Assembly: GCA_964643995.1 (NCBI GenBank)
Contig: CAZXUJ010000002.1
Span: 114,125-178,124 of the forward strand
DNA from: an uncultured Candidatus Saccharibacteria bacterium
GTDB lineage: Bacteria; Patescibacteriota; WWE3; UBA101185; UBA10185
Reading direction: 5' to 3'
DNA: 64,000 nt
Below the pieces are notes generated by a model. That model saw nothing but the letters and a program-made list of their open reading frames with translations, did no database searches and was not told the origin of the DNA. Shown here piece by piece: positions 1 to 9,027 of this stretch (position 1 is its first letter; each line of letters opens with the position of its first letter). The translations under genes and the position numbers were made by a program.

Positions 1-1
1 A

Positions 2-514
2 TTCGTTGTTGCTACAGTCAATGGGCAACCTATCTCAAGACTTAAAGTACTCAGCCAACTCGAGAAACAGTATGCCAGTCAGGTATTACAAAACCTGATT
101 ACGCAGGAAATGGTCAAGCAAGAAGGTCAAAAATTAGGTGTTGTAGTATCTGATGAAGAAGTGCAAGCAGAACTTGATAAGATTAATGAGGATTTTGTAG
201 CACAAGGATCTTCCCTCGAAGAAGCTTTGACATTACAAGGGCTAAAGCTCGAGGACGTAAAGGAAGGATTTAAAACACAGTTGTTAATTCAAAAAATTGT
301 AGGTGATAATGTTGCTGAAGTATCTGATGACGAAACAAAAACTTTTATCGAAACCAATGAGCTCGGAGAAGCAACCCCCGAACTAATAGCTCAAACAAAG
401 GAGCAATTGCAGCAACAAAAAGTCTATCAAGAATCTCAGCTGTGGTTGCAGCAACTACGTGATGGTGCAAAGGTAAACTATTATTTGTACCCAGCACCTA
501 GTGCAACACAATAA
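2..514 (+). CDS. SurA N-terminal-domain / PrsA-like foldase (5' end outside window)
   Basis: Frame is open from base 2 (FVVATVNGQPISR...LITQEM); VATVNG, VSDEEV and terminal WLQQLRDGAKV resemble SurA_N proteins. Confidence 0.75.
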   Translation, partial: FVVATVNGQPISRLKVLSQLEKQYASQVLQNLITQEMVKQEGQKLGVVVSDEEVQAELDKINEDFVAQGSSLEEALTLQGLKLEDVKEGFKTQLLIQKIVGDNVAEVSDDETKTFIETNELGEATPELIAQTKEQLQQQKVYQESQLWLQQLRDGAKVNYYLYPAPSATQ

Positions 515-541
515 TCTCGTAAACTTATACACGGAAAATTC

Positions 542-1444
542 ATGAACTACAAGGTAGTACTATATTACAAGTATGTGCGTATAGATAATCCAGAGGGTTT
601 AAAAAACCAGCAGATGGATATTTGCAAAAAGTTAAATCTCAAAGGGCGGATCATCATTGCAGAAGAGGGAATAAATGGAACACTTGAGGGCACTAGTGAA
701 AACATCGAAACATATATTAAGGAACTAACCTCACAACGTATCTTTGAAAACGTGCACATTAAACTTAGTGAGGGCAGCGGCGAGTCATTTCCAAAACTAT
801 CAATAAAAATAAGGCCAGAAATAGTAGCAGCGCATCTCGGGGATGAAGATGTGAATCCAAATCAAACTACAGGTAGATATATATCGGCCGAAGAACTGCA
901 CAAGCTAATAAATAGCAAAGCGGAGTTTTACATAATTGATATGAGAAATGATTATGAACATGCAGTAGGCTATTTCGACAACTCCGTGTTGATGAAAATG
1001 AGAAACTTTAGAGATTTACCAATGGCGCTGAAAGACATTGAACACCTCAAAAACAAAAAAGTTGTCACCGTATGTACAGGGGGCATTCGGTGTGAAAAGG
1101 CGTCAGGATATCTTGTGACCAAGGGTTTCGAGGATGTATCCCAGCTATATGGAGGAATAGTTACATACATGGAAAAGTATCCAAACGATGATTTCCTAGG
1201 AGAATTATATGTTTTCGATAACAGAGTAGTTATGGGATTCAACCTAGATTCAGAAAAACATAAAACAGTAGGTAAATGCGAACATTGCAAAAAGCCCTCA
1301 ACCAATTATATAAACTGTGAATACGACCCCTGTCACAAACATTTTATTTGTTGTAAGGAATGTCAGGAGCTCGAAGAAAAAAAAGTGTGCGCGAAATGTG
1401 CTGAGCTAAATGTATATGCTAGAATGAACAAACATGAACAATAA
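542..1444 (+). CDS. trhO: tRNA uridine(34) hydroxylase, rhodanese family (UPF0176/YceA)
   Basis: LYYKYV, GRIIIAEEGINGT, DMRNDYE, CTGGIRCEK, GELYVFDNR and C-terminal Cys cluster. Confidence 0.9.
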   Translation: MNYKVVLYYKYVRIDNPEGLKNQQMDICKKLNLKGRIIIAEEGINGTLEGTSENIETYIKELTSQRIFENVHIKLSEGSGESFPKLSIKIRPEIVAAHLGDEDVNPNQTTGRYISAEELHKLINSKAEFYIIDMRNDYEHAVGYFDNSVLMKMRNFRDLPMALKDIEHLKNKKVVTVCTGGIRCEKASGYLVTKGFEDVSQLYGGIVTYMEKYPNDDFLGELYVFDNRVVMGFNLDSEKHKTVGKCEHCKKPSTNYINCEYDPCHKHFICCKECQELEEKKVCAKCAELNVYARMNKHEQ

Positions 1445-2162
1445 AACCCCAATCATAATGATAACGGTTATAGGGCTGTTAGGGATTTTGGCTACATACA
1501 CTACTTTCAAAAACTTTAAGGATGATTTTGATTTCATACCATCTGGAATAAGACAGGAAGCAAATACTGGAACTGAAGATAAGATAAATTACGACCCCGC
1601 GAGTGCTCCAGAGTTTGAGGGAAACATAGAACTACAGGACACCCCAAAGGAAGCTCCAGAAGAAAACCCAGAAAAGTCCCAAGCACGAAATAAGCTGGAA
1701 GAACTTTTGTCGAACAATACCTCAACGATCTGCGATATAAATCAAAATGAAAATGGGCAAGTGGTTAGCGGAAAGCTTTACATAAAGCATAAAAACATAA
1801 AAGCTGAATTTACGCTCAAAAAAGACAATAATTCTTATGATTCAAATCTTCTAAAACTTGATAAAACAGTATATATTTGGTCAAAAACCAATAATATGGG
1901 GTATGAGTTTGCAGTAGAGAATGATGAAGAAGTATTCTCACTTAAGGATTTAGAACTACTTACAAGCGATTCAGGTTATAATTGCGTGGCAAGCGAAATA
2001 GGCGATAGCACATTTTCTAAACCAAATGGAGTAACATTCCAAAGTTTTACGGAAAATCTTGATCAACTAATCCGAAACTCCGAAAGTTTATGTGCGATAT
2101 GTAATAATGCACCAACCGACGACGCAAGACAGACATGCCGAGAACAACTTGAGTGTAATTAA
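1434..2162 (+). CDS. Membrane-anchored exported hypothetical protein with C-terminal Cys motif
   Basis: N-terminal TM helix, beta-rich body, CAIC...C...C tail. Confidence 0.7.
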   Translation: MNNKTPIIMITVIGLLGILATYTTFKNFKDDFDFIPSGIRQEANTGTEDKINYDPASAPEFEGNIELQDTPKEAPEENPEKSQARNKLEELLSNNTSTICDINQNENGQVVSGKLYIKHKNIKAEFTLKKDNNSYDSNLLKLDKTVYIWSKTNNMGYEFAVENDEEVFSLKDLELLTSDSGYNCVASEIGDSTFSKPNGVTFQSFTENLDQLIRNSESLCAICNNAPTDDARQTCREQLECN

Positions 2163-3634
2163 TATAACAAAGCTTTTGCGCGCAATTTGTAAGCAAAAGC
2201 TTTTTTTATAGATATACGGGCTTTCTTTGTTTTAGCAAATTCCAACCATTCCTCCGAGGGGTATTTTTTGTTTTTGTCAGTTAAAATCTCCACCACATCA
2301 CCACTCTGCAACTGATAATTCATTGGAACAAACTTATTGTTTACCTGTGCCTTAACTGCTGTGGTACCCAAACCCGTATGCAGGCTGAAAGCAAAATCAA
2401 CAGGGGTGGAGCCTTTTTCGAGAGAAACAACGTCACCTTTGGGTGTAAAAACCAAGACTTCGTCAGAAAACTCGAATATAGAAGTTTTTTTAGTTTCCGT
2501 AAGGAGACTATCCTGCCATTGAAGCATGTTTTGAACAAGTTTGAGTCTAAAATCAGTGACAGGATTTTTATCCTGAGAAAGCTTATAAAACACATGCGAT
2601 GCAGGGCCGTACTCGTTGTACTCGTGCATTTCCTTGGTACGAATCTGAATCTCGCCAAAATTTTTGTTTCCAAAATCTATAACTAAATGGATACTTTGAT
2701 AACCATTTGGTTTAGGGTTTTTTATATAATCATCCGAAAACTCATGTAGATGGGCATACTTACTGCGAATAATATCCATAACTTTGTAACACTCACCTAT
2801 GTCAGAAACAATAACCCTAAAGGCTACACGGTCATAAACCGACTCAGAAGCACTGCGAAAATCTTTATGTTGTTTCAATAGATAGCGAACAGATTTTTGG
2901 TAAAAAGAATAAGGACTCTTTGTACGACCATGAATGTGAAAGTCCTTTATTTCGTTATCTTGCAAGATCTGCCTTAATTTTTCAACGAAACTCTGAATAC
3001 GATAGTCTTTTGAGTAGAAATGCGTGGCCAGTAGATTTTTAGACATCATGAATTTTTCGGGATCTGCAATTTCGAAAGATTTATTGGATAACATACCATG
3101 CAACATACCCATACCAATAAGATCTGCTAATGGAGAGTAAACCTCAAAAGCCTTTTTTAACATAAAGTCTTTGTGGGCCTTATCAAAAACATAGATAGAA
3201 TCCAAAGCATGTAATTTTTGGATTAATCTTAAAGCTACAACCCGAACATCTTTTCCTGTCATTAAAATAAGACGTCTAATATAGTCAGCATAATCCTTGG
3301 TTAGGTTGCTACTGTTGTACTTGTTTGAAAGCTCACGAACGTGCTCAAGATGAGTAAGCATACCAGCAACATCATCACCAAGCTCTTTTCTTACGTCTTC
3401 CTCGGTAAGGCCAAATTTGTATCCATCCAATAGTAGGGCAGAGCATATACTAGAAGTATCTAGCCGCAGGTAAGCCGCGACATTTGCCACATCGATGGCA
3501 TAATTCAGCCAATCTTCTCCGTTGATCCGCTTTTCACCAAAATATGCCATTTCGGCTAACTCATATGCTTTTTTTATACGATCGGTTTTAGGAGTAGGAT
3601 GATATGTTTGGTAAACATCCAAAAGTCTTTGCAT
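2159..3634 (-). CDS. RelA/SpoT-family (p)ppGpp synthetase with degenerate HD domain and TGS, no ZFD/ACT
   Basis: GRTKSPYS, DYIKNPKPNGYQSIH, EIQIRT, TGS VFTPKGD...TPVDFAF; HD motif reads LD. Confidence 0.88.
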   Translation of the reverse strand: MQRLLDVYQTYHPTPKTDRIKKAYELAEMAYFGEKRINGEDWLNYAIDVANVAAYLRLDTSSICSALLLDGYKFGLTEEDVRKELGDDVAGMLTHLEHVRELSNKYNSSNLTKDYADYIRRLILMTGKDVRVVALRLIQKLHALDSIYVFDKAHKDFMLKKAFEVYSPLADLIGMGMLHGMLSNKSFEIADPEKFMMSKNLLATHFYSKDYRIQSFVEKLRQILQDNEIKDFHIHGRTKSPYSFYQKSVRYLLKQHKDFRSASESVYDRVAFRVIVSDIGECYKVMDIIRSKYAHLHEFSDDYIKNPKPNGYQSIHLVIDFGNKNFGEIQIRTKEMHEYNEYGPASHVFYKLSQDKNPVTDFRLKLVQNMLQWQDSLLTETKKTSIFEFSDEVLVFTPKGDVVSLEKGSTPVDFAFSLHTGLGTTAVKAQVNNKFVPMNYQLQSGDVVEILTDKNKKYPSEEWLEFAKTKKARISIKKAFAYKLRAKALLY

Positions 3635-3775
3635 ATTAGTAATCTAGCATCATTAGGTAGAGGTTTAAAGTAGGAGTGCATGAGGCGCTACGCGCGGCAC
3701 TGGCTTGAGCCTCAGCAATTGTCGCATCAATCACCTGTGCTTCCTGAGGATACGAAGCAGAATTCAAAGAACCCC

Positions 3776-3925
3776 TCAGAGATTCAAGCAAAATTTGCAA
3801 CTCCTGGGCGGCCAGTGCATTATCGGTTTCAACGTCGGAATCACCAGAAATCCTACAACAAACCACAGCCAACTCGGTAATTTCTTGGGACTATACCCAG
3901 GTGCACTAACTCTTAACGTTGTCAT
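3776..3925 (-). CDS. Putative 49-aa single-TM peptide (possibly the frameshifted 5' part of the 3636..3872 ORF)
   Basis: AAGGAG 7 nt before ATG 3925; MTTLRVSAPGYSPKKLPSWLWFVVGFLVIPTL...CLNL*. Confidence 0.35.
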   Translation of the reverse strand: MTTLRVSAPGYSPKKLPSWLWFVVGFLVIPTLKPIMHWPPRSCKFCLNL

Positions 3926-4048
3926 AATCAATCTCCTTTGTTTTGTTTTTTTCACCTCATGGTGATGTTTCTAATCCCCGTATTATATCACCCCATAGTC
4001 ATATGGTCATAAATTGCGATTGGGCATTATTGCATGCATAATTAGTAT

Positions 4049-4876
4049 ATGCATCGCACACGATCTTATGTTTTAAAGGCAATATTATTCTCATTTGCAC
4101 TTTTCGTTGAAACAATAATGGCGTCTAGCTTGTTGTTTGACTTTGCGATTGCCAAAAACTACTTCGCAATCGATTGGAACTTCATTGGGCTACTTACAGC
4201 AGCGCTGCTTTTGATCTGTTATACATATGCACTAACAGTTGGAGCATGGGATACGTGGGTGCAATATGTTATTGTCCCGTTACCTATCAGTCTTGGTACT
4301 GCGCTTATAGTTGCTAGAATGAACCTCGCTTACGGTATCATCGTTTTTTTTACGGTGTATATATTCTCGGCTTACGATGTATATGTCGCGACAAGTTTAA
4401 AGGAACAGCTTATAAGGTTTAATCCTAAAATTGTATTACGCTTCTCTACAAAGGGGCTTCTACTGATTTTCGCGCTTATTTCGGGCTTACTTATATTTAT
4501 TAGCCCTGTTTCTCCAGATGAAGTAAACACTAATGTTGTAGACTTTATGGCGGGAATTGCTGAAAAACAAACAAAAATCATCCTAAACAATTCCATGGAG
4601 CAAAATGAAAATCTTGCAATATTAAAGAGATTTGGACTAGTAAGCTTGGATTTCAAAACCCTTTTTTCAAACCAGATCAGTACAGTTTTAGAACCCTACA
4701 AACACTTCATTTTACCAGTCATTGCATTGTTAGTCGCAGGTTCAGTACAGTTTCTAAATGGCCCTGTGTATCTGCTATTTGCTATAACAGTTGACTTAGT
4801 TTTTATGCTAGCAAAGAGAACCGGAATATTAAAAACGGAATTTAGGGAAGTACAGCAAGAGATTTTAACTTATTAA
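4049..4876 (+). CDS. Multi-pass membrane hypothetical protein
   Basis: About six hydrophobic segments; CATAAT-N6-ATG upstream. Confidence 0.75.
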   Translation: MHRTRSYVLKAILFSFALFVETIMASSLLFDFAIAKNYFAIDWNFIGLLTAALLLICYTYALTVGAWDTWVQYVIVPLPISLGTALIVARMNLAYGIIVFFTVYIFSAYDVYVATSLKEQLIRFNPKIVLRFSTKGLLLIFALISGLLIFISPVSPDEVNTNVVDFMAGIAEKQTKIILNNSMEQNENLAILKRFGLVSLDFKTLFSNQISTVLEPYKHFILPVIALLVAGSVQFLNGPVYLLFAITVDLVFMLAKRTGILKTEFREVQQEILTY

Positions 4877-5586
4877 ACTATAGGGGGGTGGTTACTTAAA
4901 ACGCTCGGAAGATCTTCGATTCTTATGGAGTCCGAAAGAGTATACTCACCGACACGACTACGAACTAGACTCATAAGCACGCCACCAGTACCTAATCTCT
5001 CGCCCAAGTCGTGGGCAATTGAGCGCAAATAAGTACCACTACCGCAAACAACTCGGCACTTAAGTACAGGAAGTAATTTTTCACCAACAGTAGTCTCAAA
5101 AAAATCCAAGATTTCGAATTCATGTATAGTGATCTTCTTCACTGGAAGAATACTGGAAACGTCTTCCCCTTGTCGCGATAGTTTGTATAACCTATTACCT
5201 TCAATTTTTGTAGCAGAGTATGCCGGAACCTTCTGCTCAATGTCACCAACAAACTCCGGAACTAAGTCTTCAATTTGTTTGCGTAATTCAGTAGGTGTTG
5301 TATTAATCTCAAAATATTCCAAATCACCTTCAAGATCATAAGTAGGGGATTCAGCTCCAAACGCTATCTCAGCAATATACTCTTTTGGCTTGCTCATGAT
5401 TAAATCCTGCTTCTTTGTATCATGTTGAGTAAGTACTATCAAAACACCTTCTGCCAGAGGATCCAACGTACCAGCATGACCGACCTTGAGCTTTTTTTTG
5501 TTAGTTGATGTTCGCAATATACCCTTTACTTTGGCAACCACATCAAAACTTGTCCAATTTTTAGGTTTGTAAACATTCAATATCAT
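4873..5586 (-). CDS. truB: tRNA pseudouridine(55) synthase
   Basis: KVGHAGTLDPLAEG, PAYSA, CGSGTYLRSIAHDLG. Confidence 0.95.
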   Translation of the reverse strand: MILNVYKPKNWTSFDVVAKVKGILRTSTNKKKLKVGHAGTLDPLAEGVLIVLTQHDTKKQDLIMSKPKEYIAEIAFGAESPTYDLEGDLEYFEINTTPTELRKQIEDLVPEFVGDIEQKVPAYSATKIEGNRLYKLSRQGEDVSSILPVKKITIHEFEILDFFETTVGEKLLPVLKCRVVCGSGTYLRSIAHDLGERLGTGGVLMSLVRSRVGEYTLSDSIRIEDLPSVLSNHPPIV

Positions 5587-5620
5587 ACATAATGAAATAT
5601 AACACGAAAACCAAAAATCA

Positions 5621-5648
5621 TTGACTTGGCAATCTTTAGTCCTATAAT
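5621..5648 (+). promoter_or_regulatory. Sigma70-type promoter for the thrS leader
   Basis: TTGACT-16 nt-TATAAT. Confidence 0.7.
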
Positions 5649-5656
5649 ATGTTTGA

Positions 5657-5722
5657 ATGCTAAGCTACATGTATAAACTAACTTTAAACACTACCTTAAC
5701 TACAACCCCATTTTTGGGGTAA
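5657..5722 (+). CDS. Putative Thr-rich leader peptide of thrS
   Basis: MLSYMYKLTLNTTLTTTPFLG* (alternative ATG 5669); six Thr in nine codons; hairpin ACCCCA-TTTT-TGGGGT at 5705-5720. Confidence 0.65.
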   Translation: MLSYMYKLTLNTTLTTTPFLG

Positions 5723-5786
5723 AAACAGTTGATTAAAATTAAATAGTCTCAGAGAATTAAGTATAATTAAGTTAAAGAAAGTAATT

Positions 5787-7553
5787 ATGTCTAAAGTAAT
5801 AGAAAAACTAAAAGATGATCCTTTAATGCCACTCAGGCACACGTGTGAACATGTGCTTCACATGGCAGTACAAGAGTTGTTTCCCAAAACGAAGAAAGTA
5901 ATGGGGCCTCCAATTGAAGATGGATTTTATTTTGACTTTGATTTAGATGACAAGATTTCACCAGAAAACTTCGAGGCAATAGAAGAACGAATGCAAGAAA
6001 TTATTGATGCAGACCTAAAGGTAAAGGTTCATGAGATATCGCTTGCAGAGGCGAGAGAAATATTCAAGCACAATCCATATAAAATTGATACCCTTGCCGA
6101 AATTGAAACACGCGGAGAAAAAGTAACTCTTTACAGCATTGGTGATGAAAATGATAAACACTACGATCTGGATCTGTGTGCAGGACCTCATGCAAAGAGT
6201 ACGGGGGAAATAAAAGCGTTCAAACTTTTGAGTGTTGCAGGAGCTTACTACAAGGGGAGCGAAAAAAATAAAATGCTTCAAAGAATTTATGGTACAGCAT
6301 TCGACTCCAAAGAAAACTTAGAAAAACACCTGTTCAGAATTGATGAGGCCAAAAGGCGAGATCACAAAAAACTTGGTGTCGCGCTGGAACTATATATGTT
6401 CCATGAAACAGCCCCAGGAATGGCCTACTGGTTACCTAAAGGTGTAGCGCTCTATAATCAACTAGTTGAGTTTTGGAGAACTGAGCATGAGAGTAACGGC
6501 TACAAAGAAATCTTTTCACCCTTAATCAACAAACAAGATTTGTACGAAACGTCAGGGCATTGGGAACACTACAAAGACGATATGTTTATCGCTGATATGG
6601 GAGAGAATGAGGTCTACTGCCTGAAACCTATGAATTGCCCCAACGCTATGGTCGTATTTGGAAGCAAACCACGATCGTATAGGGAACTTCCCCTTAGACT
6701 AGGGGACACCGATTGTTTACACAGATACGAGTTATCTGGAGCATTGAATGGTTTGCTACGTATCAGGGAATTTAGACAGGATGATGCACATATTTTCGTT
6801 TCAGAAGATCAGGTGCGAAGTGAGTTTAAAAACCTATTTGAAATAACTGAAAAGTTTTATTCAATTTTTGGTCTTGAGTATAGGTTTAGACTCGGTACAC
6901 GACCAGAAAAGTTTCTGGGTGATGTAACCGTCTGGAACAAGGCAGAAGAAGAGTTAAAAGATATTCTTGAAGAATCCGGAAAAGAATACTTTGTGCTTGA
7001 AGGCGACGGAGCATTTTATGGACCTAAAATAGATATATTAATGAAAGACGCCTTAGGACGAGATTGGCAAATGGGCACCTTGCAACTGGATTTTCAAATT
7101 CCGCAAAGATTTAAGCTAAGGTATGCAGATAAAGATGGCACACTAAAAATGCCAATAGTAATACATAGAGTAATTTATGGTTCATTAGAGAGATTTATTG
7201 GTCTAATAGTTGAGCATTTTGCTGGAGCATTTCCTGTATGGTTGGCCCCAGTACAGGCTGTGATAATACCGATAAGTGATAAACACCTAGAGTATGCTAA
7301 TCAGGTGGCTACCGTGCTCAGGAAAAATAGGATAAGAGTCGAAATCGATGACAATGATGAAAAAATGGGTGCAAAAATACGCGCAGCCCAAATGCAAAAA
7401 GTACCATATATGTTGGTAGTAGGGGACAAAGAGATGGGGGCCAACTCTGTGAGTGTCAGACTAAGAACTGAAGAAGATTTGGGAATCATGAAATTAGAAG
7501 AAGTTGTAGACAGGATAATTGAAAAGATAAGCTCTAGATCTCTTGAGCTGTAG
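5787..7553 (+). CDS. thrS: Threonine--tRNA ligase (no N-terminal TGS domain)
   Basis: HTCEH editing motif, DLCAGPH, RDHKKLG, KPMNCP, FYGPKID, GSLERF. Confidence 0.97.
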   Translation: MSKVIEKLKDDPLMPLRHTCEHVLHMAVQELFPKTKKVMGPPIEDGFYFDFDLDDKISPENFEAIEERMQEIIDADLKVKVHEISLAEAREIFKHNPYKIDTLAEIETRGEKVTLYSIGDENDKHYDLDLCAGPHAKSTGEIKAFKLLSVAGAYYKGSEKNKMLQRIYGTAFDSKENLEKHLFRIDEAKRRDHKKLGVALELYMFHETAPGMAYWLPKGVALYNQLVEFWRTEHESNGYKEIFSPLINKQDLYETSGHWEHYKDDMFIADMGENEVYCLKPMNCPNAMVVFGSKPRSYRELPLRLGDTDCLHRYELSGALNGLLRIREFRQDDAHIFVSEDQVRSEFKNLFEITEKFYSIFGLEYRFRLGTRPEKFLGDVTVWNKAEEELKDILEESGKEYFVLEGDGAFYGPKIDILMKDALGRDWQMGTLQLDFQIPQRFKLRYADKDGTLKMPIVIHRVIYGSLERFIGLIVEHFAGAFPVWLAPVQAVIIPISDKHLEYANQVATVLRKNRIRVEIDDNDEKMGAKIRAAQMQKVPYMLVVGDKEMGANSVSVRLRTEEDLGIMKLEEVVDRIIEKISSRSLEL

Positions 7554-8934
7554 GAACTGGCTTTTTTCTGCTCTGTGGGACGCCCTGAACAAGGGCGTCT
7601 ACGGCAGGTCCTCCAAAAACTGGTGCATAATGACCACCGGGAATTGTGATACGTTTGATAGCAGGGTGCTCTTTATTAAATTTAACTGCATTCACCTGAG
7701 CGCGTATTGCAACTAGATCATCCTCTGTTAATTCTCTCAGAGAACCTTCTTCAACAGCCTTGATTAATTCATAGGCAGATATGGTTTTTAGAAGATTTAC
7801 TACATCATCAGGTGTTACTAACTTATCTTCCTGGCCAGTAAACACCGCTGACCTGTTTAGGCGTTCTACCTCGTATAGTGTCCACGAAGAAAAATCCACA
7901 CCACGACGAAGGTTAGTTAGAGTATAGGCTACAAGTTCATGTGTATCTAGCTCGTTACCGTGAATGTGTAACAGACTGTCAAGAATTTCAGCATCCTTTG
8001 CGGGGTCTCCAGTAATATTTTCGCCCATAGAATTAGGACCAACAAAATTAAAAAAGGCGTCTGTTGATAGTTTGGTTGTTTTAGGGAGTACCCTTTTTGT
8101 ATAAGATCCTAATGTTGCTACAGCACCAATAAAGGCGTACCTCCCATCGCCTTCAGTACGATAACCAAGTTTTCTAAGTAATTTCTCCATTTGGGTGCTT
8201 TCATTAGGATCCTCCATTTTGGTCTCTATGTCGGTAAGGTTTTCTCTTGTAGGAAATAATGCTGGCGCTAATGCAACAGTATTATCATAGCCATACTGCG
8301 CTCCTAAAATCATCGAAGCTGCACCTCCCATGGAGTGGCCCATAATACTTACATCAATTTTTTTGTCGTCACCGTAACCTAAAGCCTCCGTTATGAAAAA
8401 ATCGACCTGCTGTGCATATGCCTCAGGCGTGCAATAGTCTTGAAGATTTGGCAGCACATCAGGGCGAAACTTAGTACCGCCAAAGCCATTACCATCAAGA
8501 GCCACAATGACAGCATTTGGATCCTTAGCAAGAATTTCTTCTACAACCGACATACCCTCATCACCTTTTATGTCAGAGTAAATCGTATTATTTCCCGTCC
8601 AACCATGTAACAAAACATACAAGTTTTTTTCTTTGAGATTTTCACCAAGCTCTCCAGCTTCACGACTGTAAATGTTAGCGTTCATATCTTCTAATCCCAA
8701 CTCAAATAACTTTGCATTAAATTCGGCGGATGCAACACTTTCAGAATTTGCTTCAAAAAATGATTTTGCCTTTAAATTGGAACTATAGTAACTAAATCCC
8801 TTCTCTCCAGATAAGGCATGCTCTTGATACAGATTAAGTTTGGCTAAGCGTGGAACATGTTCTACAACGGGGAGTTCGTCAGGAAAAGTAAAATCTGCGT
8901 ATTCAGTAAGATCTGGAGCACCTTCAATGGGCAT
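7534..8934 (-). CDS. Alpha/beta-fold hydrolase
   Basis: LLHGW, GFGG, nucleophile elbow GHSMGG, GQED and GGH (putative Ser-Asp-His triad). Confidence 0.8.
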   Translation of the reverse strand: MPIEGAPDLTEYADFTFPDELPVVEHVPRLAKLNLYQEHALSGEKGFSYYSSNLKAKSFFEANSESVASAEFNAKLFELGLEDMNANIYSREAGELGENLKEKNLYVLLHGWTGNNTIYSDIKGDEGMSVVEEILAKDPNAVIVALDGNGFGGTKFRPDVLPNLQDYCTPEAYAQQVDFFITEALGYGDDKKIDVSIMGHSMGGAASMILGAQYGYDNTVALAPALFPTRENLTDIETKMEDPNESTQMEKLLRKLGYRTEGDGRYAFIGAVATLGSYTKRVLPKTTKLSTDAFFNFVGPNSMGENITGDPAKDAEILDSLLHIHGNELDTHELVAYTLTNLRRGVDFSSWTLYEVERLNRSAVFTGQEDKLVTPDDVVNLLKTISAYELIKAVEEGSLRELTEDDLVAIRAQVNAVKFNKEHPAIKRITIPGGHYAPVFGGPAVDALVQGVPQSRKKPVPTAQEI

Positions 8935-8963
8935 GCCATAATTCTATCAAATAAATGGATACA

Positions 8964-8993
8964 TTGACCAAATGCCCTGTTATATGGTAATTT
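8964..8993 (+). promoter_or_regulatory. Putative infC-rpmI-rplT promoter
   Basis: TTGACC-18 nt-TAATTT with extended TG. Confidence 0.45.
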
Positions 8994-9027
8994 TTATCCG
9001 CAAGTCAATTGTTTCTTAGGAAAAAGT

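Noticed and set aside
5650-5786. T-box riboswitch upstream of thrS
   Set aside because: No T-box consensus (GGTGGNACCGCG), leader too short, no terminator with U-tract
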